Virus record (IMG/VR): IMGVR_UViG_3300025150_000006
Span: 32,001-96,000 of that record
Direction: 5' to 3' (one strand)
DNA from: a virus
Length of the DNA: 64,000 nucleotides
The position numbers and the translations under genes were made by a program. Of this stretch, positions 27,321-36,658 are shown one piece after another. Positions within the stretch are counted from its first letter, which is position 1; each line of letters opens with the position of its first letter. The notes under the pieces were generated by a model. The model made no database searches and was not told where the DNA came from. It was given only the letters and a program-made list of their open reading frames with translations.

Positions 27321-28719
27321 TTTCCTGATCGAGGTCCAGGATGGTCTGGTGGAGCATCAGTGCGAAGTTCGCAGGTGTGATAACTGACGATGACTTGCTC
27401 CGGTTGCCAACCACGCTCAGATCCCGCTTGATGGAGGCCGGTCCGCGCTCGGCGGCCACCCAGGCGGCGTCCTGGTCAGGAACCATACCAAGGTCCGGCG
27501 AACTTCCCTGCATGTCTGGAACCGAAAAACGTGGTTCCTGTGGAACCGCACCCTGAACAGGGACTTGATCAAGGGTCTTCACTGGAAGTGCGGGTGTCGG
27601 CGCGGATACGGAAACACCCGTGGCCTGCACTTGAAGCACCGCCACGGGATCACGAACAGAACCTCCAACGTGATGCAAATGGGCGAGGTCCATCAGCAAC
27701 ATCGCAGCGGTTGGCCTACCCGGCCGGGCAGCAAAACGTGAAGCAAACCCCAAGAGCTTGGACCCCAGTGATCCACCCAAGGCCACCAACCGTTCCTTGC
27801 CCCAATGGGCTGGGACAGATTCCCCAAGAGATGCCTGAAAGGCCAACATCGACACTTCGGCCAACCTGTCATAACAGGTGGCCGGAGAAGCCCTCTCCAT
27901 GATCCTCCGGGCCGCCTCAAATGCCGCAGGGAGGTTGGTCCCGATCGCGTCAAGGAGATCCAGATAGGCGGTGTTCAGATCCAGGTGAAGGTACTTCTCG
28001 ACGTGCTCTCGGGTGACCCCTCCAAGCATAGAGACACCCTCGATAGCCTTGAGGGCATCGCGGATGTGGCACTCGGTGATCTCGGCCACCAGGGTGAGCA
28101 TCTCGGGCTCGAAAGAGATGTTCTCCTGCTCGCAGATGTGCTGGAGCCGGTCTGCAATGAGCTGTGGCTGCATTGGTTGAATCACGAAGGCTGGGGCACA
28201 ACGTGAAAGCACCGTGGCCCTCATCCGCTCGGGCTCGGTCGTGCAGAAGATGCAGGTGAGCTGCTTGTCCTCAGACCCCGGCATCGTGTCTTCAAGGGGC
28301 TTCAGCAGTGCATCCAGAGCATCCTTCGATAGCTGGTGAGCCTCGTCAAAGAGATAGATCCGACGTTTACCTGAGAAGGTGCTGTACTGGATCTCCTCCT
28401 TGATCTTGTTCACGTCTCCCTTGCCCGAGTGGGTTGCCGCATCCACCTCCATGAAATCCAAGGAGGTGCCGTGCTCTAGCAACCCTTTGCATGAATGGCA
28501 TTCATCACAGGGCTCCCCGTCCTGTGTGTTCTCACAGAGCAGAGCACGGGCCAAGATACGACCCAAGGTGGTCTTACCTCGGCCGCGTTCTCCGCAGAAC
28601 AGGTAGGATTGCCGGAACCCCCGCCCCTGTACAACGTACTGCTTCAGGATGGTGATGGTGGCGTCTTGCCCCAACACATCACTGTAGCGGTAGGGACGGT
28701 ACTTGATGTCGAGACTCAC
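27298..28719 (-). CDS. dnaX: DNA polymerase III gamma/tau-like clamp loader ATPase
   Basis: KYRP..DVLGQ, GERGRGKTT, PCDECHSC, EVDAA, LFDEAH, LLKPLE, TVLSRC. Confidence 0.9.
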   Translation of the reverse strand: MSLDIKYRPYRYSDVLGQDATITILKQYVVQGRGFRQSYLFCGERGRGKTTLGRILARALLCENTQDGEPCDECHSCKGLLEHGTSLDFMEVDAATHSGKGDVNKIKEEIQYSTFSGKRRIYLFDEAHQLSKDALDALLKPLEDTMPGSEDKQLTCIFCTTEPERMRATVLSRCAPAFVIQPMQPQLIADRLQHICEQENISFEPEMLTLVAEITECHIRDALKAIEGVSMLGGVTREHVEKYLHLDLNTAYLDLLDAIGTNLPAAFEAARRIMERASPATCYDRLAEVSMLAFQASLGESVPAHWGKERLVALGGSLGSKLLGFASRFAARPGRPTAAMLLMDLAHLHHVGGSVRDPVAVLQVQATGVSVSAPTPALPVKTLDQVPVQGAVPQEPRFSVPDMQGSSPDLGMVPDQDAAWVAAERGPASIKRDLSVVGNRSKSSSVITPANFALMLHQTILDLDQESGDGGSP

Positions 28720-28740
28720 AGCAGTCCTCCTCTACTCAGA

Positions 28741-29241
28741 TCAGGGCGTGTTCTTGCCCTTCTTCGCTGGGGCGGGGACAGCCTTCTCCCCAAAGAGAGA
28801 CAGGATGATGTCCGCCTCCGGCGTGGAACCACTGGTACGCCAGAACCCGTACTCCTCGACCTCCTCGCGGAAGAAGGACACGTCGGGCAGCTTGACGAAG
28901 AACCGCATCTTGTGAGTCTCGGGGTTCTCCTCGACACCACAGGCACAAAGGTGATGGAACAGCAGAGCTTCCCGCTCGCCATCACTCATCGTCTCCCACT
29001 GGTCGCCCGCGAGGGTGATGACGAACTTCCACTCCTTCTCCCCGTCCACGACGGACAGCAGAGGGGTCGCCTTGGAGGTCTTGCCTGCGATGATCACGTC
29101 ACCGCTCTTGCCCGCCTTCTCCTTGAAGACGATGAGGATCTCTTCATCGACAAGGGCGAGCCCGGAGAGGACCGCGTTCTTGGCGATCAGGGCCTGCATG
29201 GTCTTGTAGACCTCGTCACCAGCTTTCCACAGATCAGACAT
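28741..29241 (-). CDS. Phage metallopeptidase-like protein with degenerate motif
   Basis: FVITL...W....REALLFHHLCAC...PDVSFFREEVEEYG resembles phage HExxH families; GGAG RBS. Confidence 0.5.
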   Translation of the reverse strand: MSDLWKAGDEVYKTMQALIAKNAVLSGLALVDEEILIVFKEKAGKSGDVIIAGKTSKATPLLSVVDGEKEWKFVITLAGDQWETMSDGEREALLFHHLCACGVEENPETHKMRFFVKLPDVSFFREEVEEYGFWRTSGSTPEADIILSLFGEKAVPAPAKKGKNTP

Positions 29242-29251
29242 CGTTGCTCTC

Positions 29252-29953
29252 CTATGGGAACGCCGCTCGCATCGCGGCAACGCCACCTTGGTTCCAGATC
29301 TCACCGGGGTCCTTACCCCGGTAGTTCACAGCTACTGCTCTCACCTTTACCCAATTGAGGTATTGCAGAGCCCCCCACCGCTTCCTTCCCTTCTCGTCGA
29401 TGAATCCGTGGACCCCGTGCTGCCCCGCCTCATCATTGTCGTAGACCATCTTGACCCAACCCCGGCAGAACCGGCGGAGGAACTCTATGTGTTTGTCGGT
29501 GAGCTTGGCTCGCAGGCTTGCCAGCACCACATCCCCTGACGGAACTGCCCATTCCATCGCGAACAAATCGAACAGACCCTCCACGATCCACACATCGGCC
29601 CCCGCCCAGATGCGCTGCATAGTCTGAGGCGTCAAGCCAAACCACAACGGATGCCACCCCGCATCAGGCAGAAGGTAGCGGGTGACCATCTTCTCCGGTA
29701 GCTTCCGACCCTCGAACCCAAGCACCTTGCCCTTGGGGCTGAACAAGGGCCAGATGGCCCAGTCCCCAAGCAGCTCCCCCTTGGTCCCGTACCTCTCACA
29801 GAAATCCAGCTCCGGGCAGTCTTCGAGCAAGGGTTGCCAGGTCTTGATCCCGAACTGACATATGGACTCTTCCGAAGCCCCACGGCCCAGGAAATAGCCC
29901 TCGTGAGCTTCAGTCAGTGACAGGTTCGGGAGGTGATTCAGCAGCCAGCTCAT
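29252..29953 (-). CDS. DnaG-type primase catalytic/TOPRIM domain (no Zn-binding domain)
   Basis: YFLGRG, GFEGR, IVEGLFD, YDNDEAG, KDPGE. Confidence 0.8.
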   Translation of the reverse strand: MSWLLNHLPNLSLTEAHEGYFLGRGASEESICQFGIKTWQPLLEDCPELDFCERYGTKGELLGDWAIWPLFSPKGKVLGFEGRKLPEKMVTRYLLPDAGWHPLWFGLTPQTMQRIWAGADVWIVEGLFDLFAMEWAVPSGDVVLASLRAKLTDKHIEFLRRFCRGWVKMVYDNDEAGQHGVHGFIDEKGRKRWGALQYLNWVKVRAVAVNYRGKDPGEIWNQGGVAAMRAAFP

Positions 29954-30599
29954 TGCGGGCGGGTCCTTGGGAGATGGCCATGCCCCGTGCAGCGTTGTGA
30001 ACCACCCCGGCGATCTTCTTTGCCGTCACCAGGCTGGCTACCCCCACGAATGCACGGTCCTTCGGGACTACGATGATCGTGCCATCCGGCACCCACGATG
30101 AGGGCCGGAACGGGAGACCGATCTCCTCGATGAGCGGTCGAAGCTCCGGGGGCATCAGGTCCACCAGCTCTACTCGCTTGCCATCTTCCTCGACCCCCTC
30201 CCCATCGTCCTGATCATCGAGCATTGCTACAGAACCCGTATGGCTTCGGGGGATGAGCAACTCCAATGCCCCCAACTCGTAGAACTCCAGATGGTCTACC
30301 GCCGCTCGGAGTCCTTCCATCGTCAACGGCTGAATGTTGCCCCACTCCTGTTGACGACCCATCGCGACCACGGCGTCCACGACCTCGGCGAAGAACTCAC
30401 CCAGAGTCGTTTCCCGTACAGCGGCCTTCACAACTGGCCCCGGGTGAGGCTGTGTGATCCACATCACGGATGAGGATGAAGACACCAGGTAGGGTGCCGT
30501 TTCCTCTGCCACCTGGAACTCCAGCATCAACGGGACGACGTTCTTCCGTTGCATCGCCCGAGACTGGAGCCTTGTTACAACGAGCAGGTGACTCATCAC
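29910..30599 (-). CDS. Hypothetical protein
   Basis: Coupled ORF, typical codon usage. Confidence 0.6.
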   Translation of the reverse strand: MMSHLLVVTRLQSRAMQRKNVVPLMLEFQVAEETAPYLVSSSSSVMWITQPHPGPVVKAAVRETTLGEFFAEVVDAVVAMGRQQEWGNIQPLTMEGLRAAVDHLEFYELGALELLIPRSHTGSVAMLDDQDDGEGVEEDGKRVELVDLMPPELRPLIEEIGLPFRPSSWVPDGTIIVVPKDRAFVGVASLVTAKKIAGVVHNAARGMAISQGPARNELAAESPPEPVTD

Positions 30600-31093
30600 C
30601 TACCTCCTAGCTTCTTGACGAGACCTGACAACCAGGTCACCGATTCAGGTTCCTCGTCATCATCACTCTCGCCCGCCTCCTGGATGGCTTCCTCGACCTC
30701 CCGAACGCTCGGGACCTCGTTGGGATCGTCGAGCACCCACATCAGAGCCGCGAGATCAGGGAACTCCGAAGCGATAAGGCCTCGATCACCGCTTTGGATG
30801 AGGGCGTGGAACTCTTCCTTCACCTCAGCCTTGGTCTTCAAGGGCTCCCAGAAGGGGCAGCTCCGAGCCATGTCCGAGCATCCTGGAATCCGGTCATCAC
30901 AGGGGATGTGTCGTGGCTTCCCCTTCATCCCCATGAACCCACAAAGGTGCACCGAACTGGTGTCATCCAGCGGAAACTCCACGTTGTGGGTGCAGGTGTC
31001 AGGGCGTTGCTTGAACAAGTCGCGCAACCGCTTCTTGAGATGACGGAAGGTCACCTGCTTGACCTGATGTCGGATCTGACCTTGTGACCGCAT
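30596..31093 (-). CDS. Cys-rich hypothetical protein
   Basis: CTHN..HLC..PCD..GC..SC; GGAG RBS. Confidence 0.65.
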   Translation of the reverse strand: MRSQGQIRHQVKQVTFRHLKKRLRDLFKQRPDTCTHNVEFPLDDTSSVHLCGFMGMKGKPRHIPCDDRIPGCSDMARSCPFWEPLKTKAEVKEEFHALIQSGDRGLIASEFPDLAALMWVLDDPNEVPSVREVEEAIQEAGESDDDEEPESVTWLSGLVKKLGGR

Positions 31094-31128
31094 TCTATCT
31101 CCCCTGAAAGCCCCTCACCCTACCCGTC

Positions 31129-31671
31129 CTAGTCGTCCAGATAGTCCAGAACCGCCGCAACCTCTTCCGGCGTCACCTTGGCGACTCGCATCCCGATGAA
31201 TGCCAGAACCTCCTGACATTCAGCATCTGTCAGGGGCTTGATGGCCTGGCGGAGTTCCTTCTTCGGGTCATCGACCTTTTTGGGGACCCGCCCTTGACTC
31301 TGAATCTCCAAACGTCGGGTCACCCACTGACTCTGAGGAACCGAAGTCCAAACTACTGCCTTACATCCAGAACGAGTTACACGTTGTGTTCCTGAATCCG
31401 TGATTGCTCCCACCAACACTAAGTCTCGGCGACGGGCACTTGCTGTTTGATGACGAAGTCCAAGGGCCACCTCTATTTCATCATCAGTTGCCCCATTGGG
31501 ATGCTGGTCTACAATGTACTGTAAAACCTTAGCCTTCAGAATGGATACATGCGGTTTAATGCTCTGAGCAGCCTGCTCCGAAGTGTTGGATCCTCGCACA
31601 AAAGGTGGACCTCCCTCGGCCGAGGGGGAGTCCAGCAGAAAACCCAGGTCATCTTCGTCATCCCAGCTCAT
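31129..31671 (-). CDS. Winged-HTH DNA-binding protein
   Basis: GATDDEIEVALGLRHQTASARRRDLV...DSG..R.TRSG..AVVW. Confidence 0.6.
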   Translation of the reverse strand: MSWDDEDDLGFLLDSPSAEGGPPFVRGSNTSEQAAQSIKPHVSILKAKVLQYIVDQHPNGATDDEIEVALGLRHQTASARRRDLVLVGAITDSGTQRVTRSGCKAVVWTSVPQSQWVTRRLEIQSQGRVPKKVDDPKKELRQAIKPLTDAECQEVLAFIGMRVAKVTPEEVAAVLDYLDD

Positions 31672-32300
31672 CTCAACCTCTCGAACTTCGCCCCACTCTT
31701 GGTCCGCACAATCCGGTAGGCCCGGTTTGCAGCATCCACGAGGGCGGGGTTGTGGGTCACCAACAGGATGTCGATCTCCAGGCGCTCACAGATCAACTGG
31801 AGGAACTCGCCCATGTTCTGGACGTAGTTGCCGTCGAACGCCGGCAGGCTCTCGTCGAGAAGGAGCAGGGGCCGAAGCCCCCGCCTCTTCATCACGATGA
31901 TGCGCAGCAACACCGACTGCACCGTGGCCACAGCCCCACCAAAGGCATCATTGGTGACGCCTCGGATCACCGTACCGTCGGGCCTCTCATGAACCGTGAG
32001 CAAGTCCACACTGACCTTGCCACGCAGGATGTTGACCTGGGACTCCACAGAGAGCTTCTGGTCGTGGAATACGGCCTGAAGCCCTTCGGTCATCAACCTC
32101 TCGACGACCTCAACCCCGGCCGAGACCTCTTTGTCGATAAGAGTCCGAAGAACCCCCTGGACGAGGGCTAGAAGCTCCCCCTCGTCCTCCAGGTCCCGGA
32201 TGGATCGCTTCGTTTCCGTGACCTGCCGAACCGTGGCATCCCGAGCACCCCGGAGTCGGTCGGCCAGAGAGCGGAGGGGGTCAATGTTGGGCAGTGCCAC
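31668..32300 (-). CDS. SbcC/Rad50-like ATPase, C-terminal half
   Basis: Coiled coil, signature-like FGGA, Walker B LLLLDE, ILLVTH. Confidence 0.8.
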   Translation of the reverse strand: MALPNIDPLRSLADRLRGARDATVRQVTETKRSIRDLEDEGELLALVQGVLRTLIDKEVSAGVEVVERLMTEGLQAVFHDQKLSVESQVNILRGKVSVDLLTVHERPDGTVIRGVTNDAFGGAVATVQSVLLRIIVMKRRGLRPLLLLDESLPAFDGNYVQNMGEFLQLICERLEIDILLVTHNPALVDAANRAYRIVRTKSGAKFERLR

Positions 32301-32307
32301 GGTGTCC

Positions 32308-33456
32308 TCAGTAGAGCCAGGAGAAGAGCGTCAGGTACTTGTCCCCCTCGTACTCCGAAGTGAACCGAACGTAGCCCCTGCTACTCACCAGACTGATGCC
32401 GATCGTGAACTCGGAATCCTTCCACGCCGAAAGCACCTTGGCCAGGTTCGTGTGATCCACACTGAACCCCCCATCGGGAAGATCCGATGCCTCGTCATCC
32501 GATTCCTTCGAGATGACCGCCAACGGCATGACGGTCTGTTTCCCGGTTGCGGAGAGCATCGAGACCAGAAGGTCCCCATCGGCACCCATCTCCAGATGCA
32601 GCCTGTTGTCCTCCTTCGCGGCTCCTGACGTGAGGAGGCCGATGGCAGACACCAGGTCCTGCTTGAGAACCGTCCACCGGTGCTGATCCCCGTCATCCAT
32701 CCCGATCTGGATGTTGGGCATCGACGCCTGGAAACGCATGGCCCCGAACACTGCCCCATCCCCTCGACGGAGAATGAGCATAGTGTCGTGCTCCAGCACC
32801 TCCACATCGAGACCCTCGCACATCCCGAGGAAGGTCATCAGACTGCTTGCATCCTTGCCGTGAACACGGAGCTTGGACTCATCCATCCCGGCGACTCGGA
32901 TGAGCGAGATGGACCTCTTGTCCGTGGCGTAGACGATGCCCTCCCGAATCTCACAGGCACACAGCTCCGGCTGCTCGGAATCGTTTGCCGAAACGAAATG
33001 ACGGGCGTAGCCCAGGGCTTGAGACAGGCGGTCGGCAGCCACCGTGGCTGCCACCGTGGCCGCCGCGAGGGGCTTGCTCCAGGTGTAACGAGCGTCCGGC
33101 TGAAGGCTCTGGAAGGTCTGAGTGAACCGACCAACACGCAGCAGGGCTTCAGACTCATCGGCATTGAACCCAATGGTCAACGCCGCGTCAGGGATGTGGT
33201 GCAGTACCTTCTTGAGACGCCATCCTTCGATGGTGAAGCTGTCCTTCGTGCCTGCTTCCTCAACCTGGGCCTTGACGGGGCAGGAAGAGAACAACCGATC
33301 CGACACCGTCTTGACCTCGACGCCGTACTTTCCGGCATCATCGGGTCCCGTCCGATGGAACACATAGTGCCCCGTCAGGTCAGCACCGGATCCCAGGCTG
33401 GGGTTCACAACTTGAAGCGCTGCCTCAAGATCCTGCTTGGCGACCTTGAATCTCAT
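32308..33456 (-). CDS. dnaN: DNA polymerase III beta sliding clamp-like protein
   Basis: MRFKVAKQDLEAALQVV..., three-domain ~380-aa pattern, YATDKR; AGGAGG RBS. Confidence 0.7.
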   Translation of the reverse strand: MRFKVAKQDLEAALQVVNPSLGSGADLTGHYVFHRTGPDDAGKYGVEVKTVSDRLFSSCPVKAQVEEAGTKDSFTIEGWRLKKVLHHIPDAALTIGFNADESEALLRVGRFTQTFQSLQPDARYTWSKPLAAATVAATVAADRLSQALGYARHFVSANDSEQPELCACEIREGIVYATDKRSISLIRVAGMDESKLRVHGKDASSLMTFLGMCEGLDVEVLEHDTMLILRRGDGAVFGAMRFQASMPNIQIGMDDGDQHRWTVLKQDLVSAIGLLTSGAAKEDNRLHLEMGADGDLLVSMLSATGKQTVMPLAVISKESDDEASDLPDGGFSVDHTNLAKVLSAWKDSEFTIGISLVSSRGYVRFTSEYEGDKYLTLFSWLY

Positions 33457-33731
33457 ACACGGTCCTCCTGCACAAAGGGGGCAAGTTTGCCCTCTGCGGT
33501 TGCGATGTCGTTCTCGAAAGCGGTCACGGCCTTGATGTACCGCTTTTCCAGTTGGGCAACAGCCGCGTCGAGCTTGTCCGGTGGGACACCTCGCTCGACG
33601 CACTCGGCTTCGATCCCCGTCACATCTTCCTGAGCCGCTGCCAGCCTCCCTTGAAGGCGCTGGACGGTCTTGTTGGCCTTGTCCCGACGAAGAAGAGCCG
33701 CATCGAGACGCTGATGGTTATGGTCACTCAT
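33453..33731 (-). CDS. Small coiled-coil protein
   Basis: 92 aa from ATG 33731; heptad pattern. Confidence 0.6.
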   Translation of the reverse strand: MSDHNHQRLDAALLRRDKANKTVQRLQGRLAAAQEDVTGIEAECVERGVPPDKLDAAVAQLEKRYIKAVTAFENDIATAEGKLAPFVQEDRV

Positions 33732-33738
33732 GGTCCCT

Positions 33739-34794
33739 CTACTCCTCGGGAAGCACAACCGTGCCCCCTGGCCCCATCCCGAACTGCACGAACCCGGTCT
33801 GACCATCGAAGAAGCTCTCACTCGTCTTCTTGTTACGACGGTTCGCTGTCTTCTGGGCGATACGCTCAGGACACACCGTTTCGTAGTCGCAGAACTTGCA
33901 CTGACTCGGCACAGGATTGGCCGGAAATTTCTCCCGGTTCATCCCCCGCATTGCATCGCGGGCACGGGTCGCAATCCCCTTGAGGTCATCCCGTGTGAAA
34001 GGAACCCAGTCCACCCCGGACTCGATCTCGTTCTCCCCCATAGGCATCCCTGTCTCATCCACCATCGGGATGGGTTCACCCTCAGTGTCCAACTTCTCCA
34101 TCCCATAGGGGTAACGGAAGTAGACGAATCCTAGCCGGTCGGGCATCCGACGGTAGGCAAGGAAAAAGCAGAGGGCATACCACCGAAGCTGGTCCGGATC
34201 CGTGTAGGTCATGAAGTGTGGCTTCACACCCTTCCGCTTGGGAGCCTTGTACCTTCGGCTATTCTTGCCGTCGAGAATGGTGATCTGGTCCTTGCCGTCC
34301 ACACTCCGCCGAAAGATCAAGTCGGCACGCCCACCGATGGGCGTCCACTTGTCCACATAACAAGTGAGGTCCACCTCGGAACGAGCATAGGGACCCAGCA
34401 ACTTGTGGTGCTTCATCGTCTTGAGGTAGCCCCGGATCCCGGCCTCAATAGTGGCCCACATCTCATCACGAGGTGGGGCTAGCCGCCAGTCAATGTTCTT
34501 GGATAGGCACAAGCGACCAAAGTCCTTCTGAGCCTTGTCCAGCATCCGGTCCAGCAAACCCTCTGGGTGTTTCCACTCCTCATCGTTGTAGAGCCACTCC
34601 CAGAAGTTTGCCAGCACGATGCCCATGATCGCATGGTGTTCGGACTTCTCAACCGGTCTGGGCTTACGACGACCCGGGCCGCCACCACAGTCGATGTCAC
34701 CCCACCCACGGCTCCACAGATAGGACTGCGGGCAGTTCTCGTAGGTGGTCATACTCGACCAGTACAATGTGAAACGTCTTGGGCTATGACTCAT
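33739..34794 (-). CDS. PD-(D/E)XK nuclease, Cas4/AddB-like with 4-Cys Fe-S motif
   Basis: YENCP, GRADL, ILDGK, QLRWYA, CKFCDYETVC. Confidence 0.8.
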   Translation of the reverse strand: MSHSPRRFTLYWSSMTTYENCPQSYLWSRGWGDIDCGGGPGRRKPRPVEKSEHHAIMGIVLANFWEWLYNDEEWKHPEGLLDRMLDKAQKDFGRLCLSKNIDWRLAPPRDEMWATIEAGIRGYLKTMKHHKLLGPYARSEVDLTCYVDKWTPIGGRADLIFRRSVDGKDQITILDGKNSRRYKAPKRKGVKPHFMTYTDPDQLRWYALCFFLAYRRMPDRLGFVYFRYPYGMEKLDTEGEPIPMVDETGMPMGENEIESGVDWVPFTRDDLKGIATRARDAMRGMNREKFPANPVPSQCKFCDYETVCPERIAQKTANRRNKKTSESFFDGQTGFVQFGMGPGGTVVLPEE

Positions 34795-34823
34795 CAGTTT
34801 CCCCGGCTTCGTCCTTTACCCTG

Positions 34824-35636
34824 TTACTCGTCACCAAGAGAAACAGAACCCCCCTGGGAAGCAGCCTCAAATGCCTTCTGCTCCTCGAAGGTCGTGAACA
34901 TCAGGTGAAAGTCCATATCCGAGGGAACCTGGATAGGAAACTCCCCGATCTCAGAGAAAACCTCGAACTGAGCTGTGTCCACATGACCAAACCGAGTCTT
35001 CTGGTGGAACTCACATAGCAGCTCCACCCCATTGTCCGCTCGGGGGACAGCCACGATGGGGGTCAGAACCAGGGTAATCAGGGTCAACCCCGACCTCATC
35101 GCTGCATCCATCAGGAGGAACTGACGGTCACTGAATGCCTGGAACTGTCGTTGCAGCTCCATCGCACAGCGCATGTACTGCGTCAGGGAGTCTTCCTTGG
35201 AGTCGAACCCCGGATGGAACAGGTACATGGGGTTGGAAGGCATCGGGGTGCCAGGAGCCTCTCCAGGCATGTGCTCCTGTACGATGCGACTGACCACCAC
35301 TCCCTCCTGTCGCTGATAGGCGACAGCACCTTCCCGGTCTCCACGCATCTTCCTGGCCTCAGCCTCCGCGAACAGAGCCTCCGGGTTGATGCCACCATCC
35401 TCTGAAGCCTCCACCTCAACATCATCATGTCCTGCCCAGGCCATAGCCTTCTTCACGCTTCGCTTGAGCGTGTCCTTGACCACGAGATGCTGAAGGTCAG
35501 GGTCGATGGGGCTACCCTCATCCATCTGGCGACGCAAACGGCGCAGTTGCTCCACATCGATGTGATCAACCAGAGCCTTCCGTTGAACGACGATGTGCCG
35601 ATAGATGGGTCGCTGTTGCTCGGGGGAGTAATCCAT
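34824..35636 (-). CDS. Hypothetical protein
   Basis: 270-aa ORF with AGGAGG RBS. Confidence 0.65.
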   Translation of the reverse strand: MDYSPEQQRPIYRHIVVQRKALVDHIDVEQLRRLRRQMDEGSPIDPDLQHLVVKDTLKRSVKKAMAWAGHDDVEVEASEDGGINPEALFAEAEARKMRGDREGAVAYQRQEGVVVSRIVQEHMPGEAPGTPMPSNPMYLFHPGFDSKEDSLTQYMRCAMELQRQFQAFSDRQFLLMDAAMRSGLTLITLVLTPIVAVPRADNGVELLCEFHQKTRFGHVDTAQFEVFSEIGEFPIQVPSDMDFHLMFTTFEEQKAFEAASQGGSVSLGDE

Positions 35637-35668
35637 ACCAGTCCTCCTGTGAGAAGGACCCTACCCGC

Positions 35669-36658
35669 CTATGAGGCCCCTTCGGCTTCCAAGTACAGAA
35701 TCAAGCGCTCCCGTACTGCATCAAACAGGTCCATCTCACGGACCTCCGTGATGAGAGGTTTCCCGCTGCCACCCACCAATGTGGCCTTCACCGAGTCCAC
35801 GAAAGCGTCCACAGTCATCGTCCGAGCCTCTAACTTGGTACGGCCCTCGATGTCGAACACCTCAATCGCTGGTCGAACAGCCAACTCCCGTCGCTCCACC
35901 GTGACCCCATCCTCATCAAAACGAAGGATGGCAACCTCAGGGATGCGTTTCACGTCGTCCTCAGACAACGCTCCACGGGTCAAGCTCCCGATGTTGACGA
36001 TGTGCTTGCCGTTACGCTCATAGACCCCCTGATTCTTGTGCCAGTGCCCGAAGCACCAGACGTCAGGATCCAGGTCGATGATGTCCTGGTACTTGACGAT
36101 GTCCTCGCTCCCGAACATCTCCCCACCCGCCTGACTGGCCAGCAGGTGAGCCATCACGACCAGGTAGTCCTCACCACCCTTGGTGATGGTCGTGAGCCGG
36201 TTCATGTCGTAGACCTTGCCGTGGTAGGGCACACCCACGACCCGGACTTTCAGATTCGAACGAAAACCCTGTTCAGGCATCGGCTGGAACGTGACACCCT
36301 TGTCCTCATCAACCAGATTGAACACACCCGTCGAGAGAAGCACGCCGAGAGGAGCCTCGTTGAGGAAGGCCCCATCCCCGTACTTCACGTCGTGGTTGCC
36401 ATTCCGCAAGGAGTAGACCTTGCAGGGGTACTTCGCGTGGACCTCGGCTACCCGCTGGATCAGCTCGTGTGTGGTGCGGCTCGGCGTCTTGATGTGAAAG
36501 AAGTCACCGCCGTCGAGGACGGCATCCGCGTCCACTTCACGGGCGATTTCACCCACCTGAGTGAGCTTGTCGAGAACCGTCTCAGCCCAGTCATCGGTCC
36601 TCGACTGCGGAGACTTGTCCGCCAGGTGAACATCCGTTCGCCAGACTAGCGTGATCAT
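35669..36658 (-). CDS. SbcD/Mre11-like metallophosphoesterase nuclease
   Basis: TDVH, GGDFFH, GNHD, AH, FGHWH; ATGA-coupled to SbcC-N. Confidence 0.85.
   Translation of the reverse strand: MITLVWRTDVHLADKSPQSRTDDWAETVLDKLTQVGEIAREVDADAVLDGGDFFHIKTPSRTTHELIQRVAEVHAKYPCKVYSLRNGNHDVKYGDGAFLNEAPLGVLLSTGVFNLVDEDKGVTFQPMPEQGFRSNLKVRVVGVPYHGKVYDMNRLTTITKGGEDYLVVMAHLLASQAGGEMFGSEDIVKYQDIIDLDPDVWCFGHWHKNQGVYERNGKHIVNIGSLTRGALSEDDVKRIPEVAILRFDEDGVTVERRELAVRPAIEVFDIEGRTKLEARTMTVDAFVDSVKATLVGGSGKPLITEVREMDLFDAVRERLILYLEAEGAS

Noticed and set aside
27298-28719. dnaX programmed frameshift
   Set aside because: No A-AAA-AAG-type slippery site noticed
33739-34794. Cas4 as part of a CRISPR system
   Set aside because: No array or other cas genes in the window; context is recombination
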